A DNA stretch of 64,000 bases. Source: Nemertoderma westbladi (taxonomy: Eukaryota > Animalia > Xenacoelomorpha). The notes under the pieces are model-generated. The model worked only from the letters and a program-made list of their open reading frames with translations, was not told the DNA's origin and made no database searches. Location: contig JAUCBJ010000916.1 in NCBI GenBank assembly GCA_032718475.1, forward strand, positions 1 through 64,000. Direction: 5' to 3'. Every line of letters begins with the position of its first letter. The first letter of the stretch is position 1. The position numbers and the translations under genes were made by a program. Shown in pieces: positions 29,581-40,715 of the stretch.

Positions 29581-30553
29581 AACTAGGCCTTTCTGCCTTT
29601 TCCACAGATTCAGCCTACAGAAGTCGAGAAGAGTAGGTCAGTCACTGATTGTAGGTTGATTGGCAGACTACAATTTGAAAATTCCCAGTTCCGGAGGTCC
29701 CACGAATTACTGGTATCAGGCGAGTACAGACTGACAGAGTACTTGATTAAAGTCAGCGTAGAGTGGTTTATGGCTCAGGCAGTGGGCAGGATCATGGCAA
29801 TATGGATGCGCATCTCAATAATTAAAGAGTTCAAAATGGGGCCATTAGGCCTAATTCAATACCGGTATTTGCAACACAACAGCAGACAATCAGAGCACAC
29901 ACATACTGCTGTACTGCTGTACTAACCCACAAACTCACCTTCCCGTCGCAAATCCCTGACACAAGCAGTCAGCGGTCCGAGTTCTTTTCAGTCTCATAAT
30001 AGCTGCTGTTGGCCAGGGACCGCTAAGGGCAGGCTTGTCCTTTAGGCCTGGTGCATTACCAAATCCACCCCTACAGGCAGCAGGAAGTTGGCCAGGGCCT
30101 AATAGTACTCAGGCCAACCTGAATACTGCTTGAATTTTCCATCCCCCCCTGGCCCTTATAACTATGAAATTATTCCCGTACCCTGTAAGTCGCCCCAAAG
30201 TTCGCCCATAAATCGCCCCCAGTTTATTGAATGTGCCCAAAACCCATGGTCCCGCACCCAGTAGTAATATCGGAATAATCAATTTTAATAAAATACAAAA
30301 ATATTCAACTCGCGTTATGGAAAGTTGAAATACCGCGAACAGTCCCCCCCAATGCCTGATTAAGAATAATTTTGGGCTTCCCCAAGTCAATATACACCAA
30401 ATATTCACAATAATTATACACGATAATATAAATCCCTACTGAATACTGCTTAATTACCCACTGTTCGCTCAGATTTTAGCCTACCTAATGTTCCCCAGAT
30501 TTTTCCCTTGGTCCTAGTCTTAGTGCCGTAGTGTCGGTGTCGGTTGACCCTGT

Positions 30554-31330
30554 CGCGTGTCCGTTCCACCCCTCACAAACCCCGAAGGGAACGATCATCG
30601 AGAACCAGCACGGCTTAGCTAAGGGTCGGTCCAGTCGGTGGACTCTGTCGCGTATCCGTACCGCCCCTCTCGAACCCCGAAGGGATCGGTCATCGAGAAC
30701 CAGTACGGCTTGGCTAGGAGTCTGTCGTGTCGGTGGACCCGTTCGCGTGTCCGTTCCACCCCTCACGAACCCCGAAGGGTTCGATCATCGAGAACCAGAA
30801 CGGCTTGGCTAGGGGTCCGTCGGTTCATCGCAGAAACCCAACCACCTAGGCTTTCCGAGTCCCTTTCAGGCTCGTAGTCGCTTCGGCAGCCGAGAAACTG
30901 CTCCGAACGGTCGGTAGGCCAGTAGAGTCTAGTCCTTTGTCTTTCGACCCCGTCGCGTGTCCGTCCCACCCCTCACGAACCCCGAAGGGAACGATCATCA
31001 AGAACCAGTACGGCTTGGCTAAGGGGTCTGTCGTCGGTTCCCGTCGCAGATCCCCGGTACAAGCAGTCAGCGTTCCGAGTTATTTTCAGTCTCGTAATAG
31101 CTGCCATTGACCAGAGACCGCTAAGGGCAGTCCTCGTCAAACCCGTCCTGTGGCCAGCCCTTTCGCATGTCCGTCCCACCCCTCGCGAACCCCGAAGGGA
31201 TCGGTCATCGAGAACCAGTACGGCTTAGCTCAGGGGGCAGTCGTTAGTCGGCCACCCGTTCGCGTGTCCGCTCCACCCCTCACAAACCCCGAAGGGTTCG
31301 ATCATCGAGAACCAGAACGGCTTGGCTACT
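30554..31330 (-). ncRNA. Putative structured RNA: six K-turn/UUCG hairpin units (subfamily B, second unit)
   Basis: Near-identical duplicate of 22850-23625. Confidence 0.45.
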
Positions 31331-32377
31331 AAGGGGCTGTCGTTTCCCGTCGCAAATCCCTGACACAAGCAGTCAGCGGTCCGAGTTCTTTTCAGTCTCG
31401 TAATAGCTGCTGTTGGCCAGGGACCGCTAAGGGCAGTCCTTGTCCTTTAGGCCTGGTGCATTACCAAATCCACCCCTACAGGCAGCAGGAAGTTGGCCAG
31501 GGCCTAATAGTACTCAGGCCAACCTGAATACTGCTTGAATTTTCCATCCCCCCCTGGCCCTTATAACTATGAAATTATTCCCGTACCCTGTAAGTCGCCC
31601 CAAAGTTCGCCCATAAATCGCCCCCAGTTTATTGAATGTGCCCAAAACCCATGGTCCCGCACCCAGTAGTAATATCGGAATAATCAATTTTAATAAAATA
31701 CAAAAATATTCAACTCGCGTTATGGAAAGTTGAAATACCGCGAACACCTTAAATATCTGATATGAGTCCCGTGCCCTGTAAGTCGCCCCAATATTCGCCC
31801 GTAAATCGCCCCCAGTCCATTGAATATACCCAAATTCCATGTTCCCGCACCCAGTACTGATATTGGAATATTCATTATAAATAAATCCCAAAAATATTCA
31901 ACTCGTGTTATGAAAAGTTGAAATACCGCGAACAAACAGCGAGTTGTTATTTACAACTTTACAACTTTAGAAGCATTTTAAATGTAATTTATATATAGCA
32001 GCGGAATTGACAATGGCTCACTGAGCAACTCACTGGCCTCACGGATAATAGCACCAAATCCAATTGGGCGAGGACCCGGTAACTCCGCTGTTTCTCTAAA
32101 TAGCTGTAGTTGCTTTACAACATCGTCAACCTAGAATAATATACTTATATTTTATTCCAAAATTGTAACATTACTCAACGCCGTTAGTGTTAACAGCGAG
32201 TTGTTATTTACTACTTTACAACTTTAGAAGTCAAGACATTAATGCGACCACTATCTCTGTGACTACGCATTGCTAAACCGTTTCTCCCTATAACAAATAT
32301 ATATAAGAAAATTTGAATATTTAAAAACCAATATTATACCTGAAATACTATATTTATTTTGTGATTTTATTTTATCT

Positions 32378-32660
32378 TTAGAGAACTTTTATAAAGTACT
32401 GTTGCACATTCGTTTTAAATGTAAACACAGACTTACCCAGAAATAATATCGATTCGATGATGCCCCTTAGAATAGATTTATTCGACTCAATCTCCAACTT
32501 AGCTGCATTATCTAAGACTGTTGTTATTTCTTGCTCAGGATTTGCCATGATACATGTAAACTCCTCAGGATTGGCTGCAGCGTTAGCGTGATACTGGAGT
32601 TTCTTATGTTCATTAACAACATCCATACGTGCAATTCTTGTGAATGGTTTCTGAATAAAA
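32378..32660 (-). pseudogene. hAT-type transposase fragment (DUF4371/ZMYM1-like region)
   Basis: Peptide EHKKLQYH...IESNKSILRGIIESILFLGK resembles the H..S..H ... N+..L..II..I.FLG+Q segment of these transposases. Recognised from memory, not by search. Confidence 0.55.
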
Positions 32661-33707
32661 ATTTAACAGTTTATAATTTTGGGCTCCAGTACTTGTAATT
32701 TTCATTCTGGGGGACCAGAATGGCACCAAAATTGGGTTTGCATTTACCATAAATATTTATAATAACTAGTTTCATCGTGATCAGCGACCTCGAAAACCCA
32801 CATACGTTCAGAATTATCAAACCCCCAACAATTTTTTTTAGTTTGGCATTTTTTTACTTGCAGGCCTACTTTTCGTCCTGGGGGACCAACATAGCAATAA
32901 AAATTATGGTTGCATTGCTAGAAAATATTTTAACAAGTTTTATCGTGATCAGCGACCTCGAAAACACTTATACCATCAAAATTGTATAATTTTTGAGCCG
33001 AGATCTAAAACATTTAATGAAGTTAAATGCCCCCCCCCCCCCCCCCCCCACCCGTGGGGCAATTACGTTGTAAAAGATAGTCCAGATGGGTTAGTTTGAA
33101 ACTTTTTTTAATATCCTACTTTAATTGGAATCTTTTTTTATACATATGTTTGTGTTTTGTGTTGAAAGTAAAAAATATTAAAGTCCGGAAATTTCTTTGT
33201 TTTAATTTTTCCGTCAGTAAGTCACATCCCACTAAACAACCGTCCCATCCAAGGCATATTACAATATATACTTGGCGTATAGTACGTCTTGGTCCCATCC
33301 CAATCCCACGAACGTCTGAAATCATATCATCAGTGGTAGATCTACAACTGTAGGACTTGGAAGCAAGGGGGGGGGGGGGGGGGTGCACTAATAGACGAAA
33401 GTCTATAGGCTACGGTTATACAGTTATATTTGATTGCGTCGCGGATAAAAGAAAGAAGAAGTTAAAGTTACACATCCATTAATATATATTAATATAATAT
33501 CATACGACAGTTTATAGTAGATCAAAACGGCCTGACGGCCGCATTAAGTATAAAGAATACGTAAAATCAACATATATTTTTTTAATTTATATAACAATAT
33601 CAATAGACATCAATAATCAACAAGATAACAATCAATAGACATTGAACACATAATTTCATTAACAAATATTGCGAAAACAATTTAAATTAATGGCCCATGG
33701 TTAGAAT

Positions 33708-33984
33708 GTCCCATGTGAAGAATACCAGACTTTCTGCCGTTATATTTCACTTTGCAGTTTACCCCATGTGAAGAATACCAGGTTTTCACCAAAACCACAG
33801 GTTACAGAAGGGCCGAATCTAACCAAAACAATAAACGAATTAGTATATGTACAGGTTATAAGACAGCAATAAGCGCTATAAAACACTAAGTAAAGCTACA
33901 TTAAAAAAAATATAAAATCGTCATATATAAAATTATAATAAAAAGTCGACCGAAAAATGAAATCCTGGTATTCATCACATGGGC
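33708..33984. mobile_element. MITE with 9-bp TSD (Mutator-like)
   Basis: TIR cccatgtgaagaataccag / ctggtattcatcacatggg. TSD GGTTAGAAT at 33699-33707 and 33985-33993. Confidence 0.75.
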
Positions 33985-34747
33985 GGTTAGAATAAATAAT
34001 CCATGAACATTCAATGACTCTGAAATGTGTATTCCGTATTAATCAGTCTCTGTATACATTATAATCCAATCTTTTAGGCAACTGGTAGAATTGCACTACT
34101 GTAAATCCAATCGGTGGAATAGATACTCAAATGTGGGCAGTCCGAGTCAACGAAAGCGGTTGGGATATGATAACTCGCGGAGCCTGAATGGCAATCTCGT
34201 GTCTCTACGCTGAATGCTTTCTAGTAAGATAGTTTAACCAACTCTGCTGGCAACTAAACATCGTTCAACGTTCAGTCGTTTCTAACAGCGCTTTGCAGAA
34301 ATACATAAACGACTACGTAGCCATCGCCACTAGTTCCGGTATCATTGTTAGCATTTTGTCGAATCACGCACTCATCCTCAGACCCTGATGACTGCAGGAT
34401 GAGCGTTAACACTAACCGTTGGTAGATTCCTCCTTGACTGTACACCCACTATATGTAACTATCTAACTATATAATATACTAAATATATATATCTTGTATA
34501 TTACAACAAGCGGATCTTGGAACTTCATGAACTAAATTTTGGCATAAATAAACTGGAATAAATCTGTAGTTACATTTTTTGTAAATCCTATTTTCTGGAT
34601 GGCCGTCGAGGTTGGCCCCAATTCCTCAACAACCCAAAAAGTTTCGATAAAAACGTTGTATTTTTTTGGGATAGTGTTTATCAGTTCTGACACTTTATGA
34701 TTTTGTTCCAAATTCAGGTGATCGTTTTATAAGGCCAATGCGTCGCT

Positions 34748-35201
34748 TTGGTGTCGGAGGTTATTGTCTACCTGGTTGAGACGGCGTTGGGTCGCATCGA
34801 TGTTTTGGTGTCGGAGGTTATTGTCTACCTGGTTGAGACGGCGTTGGGTCCCATCGATGTTTTGGTGTCGGAGGTTAATGTCTACCTGGTTGAGACGGCG
34901 TTGGGTCGCATCGATGTTTTGGTGTCGGAGGTTATTGTCTACCTGGTTGAGACGGCGTTGGGTCGCATCGATGTTCTGGTGTTGGAGGTTATTGTCTACC
35001 TGGTTGAGACGGCGTTGGGTCCCATCGATGTTTTGGTGTCGGAGGTTATTGTCTACCTGGTTGAGACGGCGTTGGGTCGCATCGATGTTTTGATGTCGGA
35101 GGTTATTGTCTACCTGGTTGAGACGGCGTTGGGTCGCATCGATGTTTTGGTGTTGGAGGTTATTGTCTACCTGGTTGAGACAGCGTTGGGTCGCATCGAT
35201 G
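34748..35201. repeat. 57-bp minisatellite, about 8 copies, in frame (19 aa)
   Basis: Repeated peptide VSEVIVYLVETALGRIDVL. Confidence 0.95.
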
Positions 35202-35770
35202 TATGTCAACTAGAGGGAACCCACCAGTCGAGGTTACTTAGCGACGGTCTAGACAACCTTCACCTATTGGCTCAGAAAAAGGGTTCATGTTCCACACCAA
35301 GGTTCGTGGGGGGGGGGGGGGGGGGTAGTTGTATTAGCCGATTGATTGCATGCAACATGTTGGTCACCATATTTATTACTTTATCTTCTGCTTTTTACTA
35401 TATTGATTATAAACTACAACCCCTCTAGATTCGGAACAATTACGTCACCATCGAGAGAGCCTTCAGGGATGGAACCTTCCTGCATTTCCCAGAGACTTCA
35501 GCAACCGATTGGGAACCATTTTGATCTCTCATTCCAGAAGAGGTTGTATTGGGTAGACGGGTCTGAGAATTATTTGGCTACAACCGACTACAATGGAAAG
35601 GATTTACAGGTATCTGGTGTAGTGCTAGTCTGATGGTTATATTATGCTGGTGAATAAACCATGGGTGATCTTCCACAAATAACCCTTCCAAACAATTCAC
35701 TTAGGGAATTAATTTTTTATGTTTTTCCATAGGTTCCAACGTCAATACATTTACCTTCCACAGCAACTGG

Positions 35771-36237
35771 AGTGGGGCCCCCGATATACGACTACAACGT
35801 AACTCTAGGAACCCTTGCTCAACCAATCAGTGGGGCCCCCGATATACGACTACAACGTAACTCTAGGAACCCTTGCTCAACCAATCAGTGGGGCCCCCGA
35901 TATACGACTACAACGTAACTCTAGGAACCCTTGCTCAACCAATCAGTGGGGCCCCCGATATACGACTACAACGTAACTCTAGGAACCCTTGCTCAACCAA
36001 TCAGTGGGGCCCCCGATATACGACTACAACGTAACTCTAGGAACCCTTGCTCAACCAATCAGTGGGGCCCCCGATATACGACTACAACGTAACTCTGGGA
36101 ACCCTTGCTCAACCAATCAATGGAGCCCCCGATATACGACTACAACGTAACTCTAGGAACCCTTGCTCAACCAATCAATGGAGCCCCCGATATACGACTA
36201 CAACGTAACTCTAGGAACCCTTGCTCAACCAATCAAT
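35771..36237. repeat. 58-bp minisatellite, about 8 copies
   Basis: agtggggcccccgatatacgac recurs at 35771, 35829 and onward. Confidence 0.95.
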
Positions 36238-36699
36238 GTCAGCATAATCAATACAATACATTATCTCTATCTAGCCGCGTCTCTCTTTGCCAATTATTCT
36301 CTTCAACATTTCCAATATAGCCATTAATTTCACCTGGGCTGCCAGTAACCCTATAAACGGCTCCGCTGTCCAGTTCAGTTTACCGTAGAAACTCATATCA
36401 TCATCATCTTCGCTCACTTCCCCAAAAGGTAGCTGCGTCATATCATTGGCTTAGGGAATCGTTGATTGAGTTGCATTGGCTTGAAAATCGGGCCTTGCTG
36501 ATGTGATAATTACGCGAACTCATACCAACAAATATTACCCAAGATCCTTTATATTGCAAAAAACAAAAAGTTTATTTATGCTTTCGTAGTTCGAAAATAA
36601 GATATTTAATTTTTATTTTTACCCCCGTCAATGTTATTTAAATTGTATAATTGAAAAAAGTATTTTAGGGTTTAAGTATAATTGGTCATAGATGTATAT

Positions 36700-36990
36700 T
36701 GCTTGTCAGTTCGTCCGTCCGTATGTCTGTCTGTCTGTCAGTGACCCACAATTTTAGTTATAAATGTTGGTACAACATCAGGAAATGTTAGTAAATGTGC
36801 TGTTGGCGAGCTGTGTTTTTTGATGTGTTTGTTATTTGTTATACATTTTGTTATATGAACTGTTCTAGGGGTCTTAACCCAAATAACTTATCTTTCATTG
36901 GCGCAATTGTAGCTGCTGACTATTCCCATCACATGCGTACTCGGTTAAATAAACGTATCATTCGAGGTTAAGACCCCTAGATCAGTTCCT
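36700..36990. mobile_element. Non-autonomous DNA element (possibly Helentron-associated): (GTCY)n microsatellite plus 23-bp inverted repeat
   Basis: gtccgtccgtatgtctgtctgtc at ~36713. IR gaactgttctaggggtcttaacc (36857) / ggttaagacccctagatcagttc (ends 36988). Confidence 0.45.
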
Positions 36991-37444
36991 ATGAGGAAAT
37001 ATTAGGACATTTTTTCTTTACATTTTTCCGGAAATTTCCCATTTTATTAATTTTTTATTATAAAGTTTACTTTTAATAGTAAATATTTCGAGAAATATCT
37101 CTCATATTAATTGCATAAAAGATCAATAATAGGATACAACTAAAATTGTGATTGTGACTTTGTCTTTTTATTTCCTTTTGTCAATTTCGTTATTACCGTC
37201 CTTTATATTGAACGCAATTATTTCATAAATTAATACATTTTCCATTTTAACACTTTCACAATTTAATACCTCCTGCTATATATTTTACCAGTTTATACAC
37301 ATTCTGAAAACACATAGGAAAATGCAATTAGAGTAAACACTAGAAACAAGTGATACCTGCTTAGTTGTGTTGCAGTCTGGCAGTGGTTCGGTATCTTGTA
37401 GACTCTTGTGGTTGTAATCGTAAATACGGGTAAAGTATACTTTT

Positions 37445-38985
37445 CTGGAAATTCGGTAACCAAATACTGAAATTAGTAACCGTGGACTGAGATTTGTAAT
37501 TGGGTGCACTAACTGGGTGACAATTTGTAACCTGAAACAGAAATTCGTAACCAAGTACTGAAATTAGTAACATGGGAATGCAATTGGTAACTGGGTGCAC
37601 TAATATGTAACTGGGTGGCAATTTGTAACCTGGTACTCAAATTAGTAACCGGGAACTACAATTTGTAACCTGAAACAGAAATTCGTAACCAAGTACTGAA
37701 ATTAGTAACATGGGAATGAAATTGGTAACTGGGTGCACTAATATGTAACTGGGTGGCAATTTGTAACCTGGTACTCAAATTAGTAACCGGGAACTACAAT
37801 TTGTAACCTGAAACAGAAATTCGTAACCGAGTATTGAAATTAGTAACACGGGAATGAAATTGGTAACTGGGTGCACTAATATGTAACTGGGTGGCAAATT
37901 TTTACCTGTTACTGAAATTGGTGACCGGGAACTCCAATTTGTAACCTGAAACAGAAATTCGTAACCGAGTATTGAAATTAGTAACATGGGAATAAAATTG
38001 GTAACTGGGTGCACTAATATGTAACTGGGTGGCAATTTGTAACCTGGTACTCAAATTAGTAACCGAGAACTACAATTTGTAACCTGAAACAGAAATTCGT
38101 AACCGAGTATTGAAATTAGTAACATGGGAATGAAATTGGTAACTGGGTGTACTAATATGTAACTGGGTAGCAATTTGTAACCTGGTACTCAAATTAGTAA
38201 CCGGGAACTACAATTTGTAACCTGAAACATAAATTCGTAACCGAGTATTGAAATTAGTAACATGGGAATGAAATTGGTAACTGGGTGCACTAATATGTAA
38301 CTGGGTGGCAATTTGTAACCTGGTACTCAAATTAGTAACCGGGAACTACAATTTGTAACCTGAAACAGAAATTCGTAACCGAGTATTGAAATTAGTAACA
38401 TGGGAATGAAATTGGTAACTGGGTGCACTAATATGTAACTGGGTGGCAAATTTTTACCTGTTACTGAAATTGGTGACCGGGAACTCCAATTTGTAACCTG
38501 AAACAGAAATTCGTAACCGAGTATTGAAATTAGTAACATGGGAATGAAATTGGTAACTGGGTGCACTAATATGTAACTGGGTGGCAATTTGTAACCTGGT
38601 ACTCAAATTAGTAACCGGGAACTACAATTTGTAACCTGAAACATAAATTCGTAACCGAGTATTGAAATTAGTAACATGGGAATGTAATTGGTAACTGGGT
38701 GCACTAATATGTAACTGGGTGGCAATTTGTAACCTGGTACTCAAATTAGTAACCGGGAACTACAATTTGTAACCTGAAACAGAAATTCGTAACCGAGTAT
38801 TGAAATTAGTAACATGGGAATGAAATTGGTAACTGGGTGCACTAATATGTAACTGGGTGGCAATTTGTAACCTGTTACTGAAATTGGTGACCGGGAACTC
38901 CAATTTGTAACCTGAAACAGAAATTAGTAACCAAGTACTGAAATTAGTAACATGGGAATGCAATTGGTAACGGTTAGCACTAATC
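37445..38985. repeat. 138-bp tandem repeat (about 11 copies) made of ~20-bp AATTNGTAAC subunits
   Basis: tgtaacctgaaacag at 37526, 37664, 37802 and onward. A related degenerate subunit array is at ~53980-54155. Confidence 0.93.
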
Positions 38986-40715
38986 TACTGTATGTATCGA
39001 CGTGGCAATCTGATACTCATATAAGTACCCAGCAAGTAAAGAGTTTGGCAAGTAAAAAATAATACTTTGCCTATTTTGGCAAGTAAAAAATAATACCTTG
39101 CCTATTTTGGCAAGTTAATGAATGAATTTCTAGTTGGGGTGTGGTGGAACAAATAAATCAATTACCGAAACTTCATGTAACCTTAGGCCTAAACTGTGTA
39201 TAGGAAAAATTTTGAATAGGAATACTATACAAAATGTACTAAATACCGTACTACAATTTATTACAAATATTATGCTTTTTTAGACGCAAATTTTAATATC
39301 TTCTCAATATCTAAGTCATGTCATGGTGGGACGCCAATCCAAATTAAGTGATCTCAAGTGAATTGAGGTCGTGAGGTTTAGTGAAGTGATGTCAAGTGGA
39401 GTCAGGTTAGTTGACTAAGTGATCAGTGACGTCAAGTCAAGTGCCACCATGTCAAGTAACTTCAAGTGATTTCTCTGGAAATGGATTGTTTTCGGCTGGA
39501 ACCCAGTTCAAGAAGCGAACTGGAAAGCTATGGACTCATAGTGGACCCAGTGGTCACAAGTCCCAGATAGACCATATTCTGTTTCGTAGGAAATACAGGA
39601 GCTCTATACAAGACTGTAATGCATTTACACTTTGACCCTTCTCCAGTGATCACCGCCTTATTGTGGCCAAGGTAAGACTTAGTCTGCGTGCTAGCAGAAC
39701 AACGAAATCTGCCTTGCCACGGCATGACTGGTCCTCTCTGTTGCAACAGCCAAGTGTGAGATCCAGCTTCACACTACAGCTGAGCAACAGGTATGAGGCT
39801 CTTGCCTCTGAGGCGGCAGATCACTGTGAGGGCTATACTGCCTTTACAGAAGCAGTTAAGTTAGCAGCTGCAGAAACAGTTCCTGTATACCCTCGAAACA
39901 GGAAAAGGGCCCCCTGGACTGACAACAAAATTCAGAAGTGCCGAAATGACCTTCATAAGGCGCAGAAAGAGTCCCGACTCAAACAGACTACAGCGGCCAA
40001 GAATGCAGTTAAAGCTGCATCTAGGTCCCTGAACAGGCAGTACTCTGTTAATCTACAGGAGCTAATAAACCAACAGGTTGATGCCATCAATGATGCTGAC
40101 GACAGCAGGCAATCATCCCAGGCATGGAAATCGATCAATTTGCTTACTGGGCGGAAAAGCCAACCAACCACCAAGGTTAAGGCTGAATCACCAGCCGATC
40201 GCCTCAATGGTTGGAAAGCCCACTTTGAAAAGCTCCTCAATAATGACAGGGTATTGCCTGATAACTTTATAGAAGTAAAAGTGTCTGAGTCTGTACTCCC
40301 AGATATTCCCATTGGCGATATCTCCTTTGCAGAAGTGAAGGCTGCTGCAAAGAGCATTAAGACCAGTGCCAGTGGAGTAGATGGTGTTCCCCCTGAGGTC
40401 TTTAAAATACCTGAGTGTTTAAAGCTCATCTATCCCATCATAGTAGACATGTACCGAACAACAAGAGTCCCACAAGAAATGAAAACAAATAAGTTGGTGC
40501 CAGTTCCCAAGAAGGGCAACCTAACAATGGTTCTTTTCGGGGAATCTCATTGATCTCGATTGCTGCAAAGCTATACAATAGGATTCTATTAAATCGCATC
40601 AGGGACCCCATTGAGAGACTGCTCCGTGGAAATCAGAATGGGTTCCGTAAAGGTCGTGGGACCATGGAGCCCATTTTGGCACTTAGAAGGATAATTGAAG
40701 AATTATCAAAAAAGA

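Larger units (their letters stand above)
23645..29939 (-). mobile_element. Full-length non-LTR retrotransposon of the CR1/L2 group (two ORFs)
   Basis: Intact ORF1 and ORF2 and an A-rich (AAATAAATATAAG-like) 3' tail next to 23645. The 5-bp duplication TTCCC lies at 23640-23644 and 29940-29944. An empty site is visible in the paralogous unit at ~31335-31360 (gctgtcgtttcccgtcgcaaatccc). Confidence 0.93.
20479..32230 (-). repeat. GC-rich composite macro-repeat, copy 2: P x3 - A - B - C - B - C x2 - P, interrupted by a LINE
   Basis: P units of 257 bp start near 20532, 20789, 21046 and 32002. The A unit is 21241-22458. The diverged B unit starts at 22459 and repeats at 1404-bp spacing once the 6300-bp LINE insertion is removed. 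C units of ~180 bp lie at ~30160-30345 and ~31565-31935. Confidence 0.88.
34718..36246 (+). pseudogene. Decayed exons of an LDL-receptor-related (YWTD propeller + EGF) gene
   Basis: Peptides VYLVETALGRIDVCQLEGT..LLSDGLDN, IERAFRDGT, KRLYWVDGSENYLATTDYNG and RNPCSTNQCQH. AG acceptors precede 34718, 35429 and 35733, and a GT donor is at 35610. There is a frameshift within the middle exon. Confidence 0.65.
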
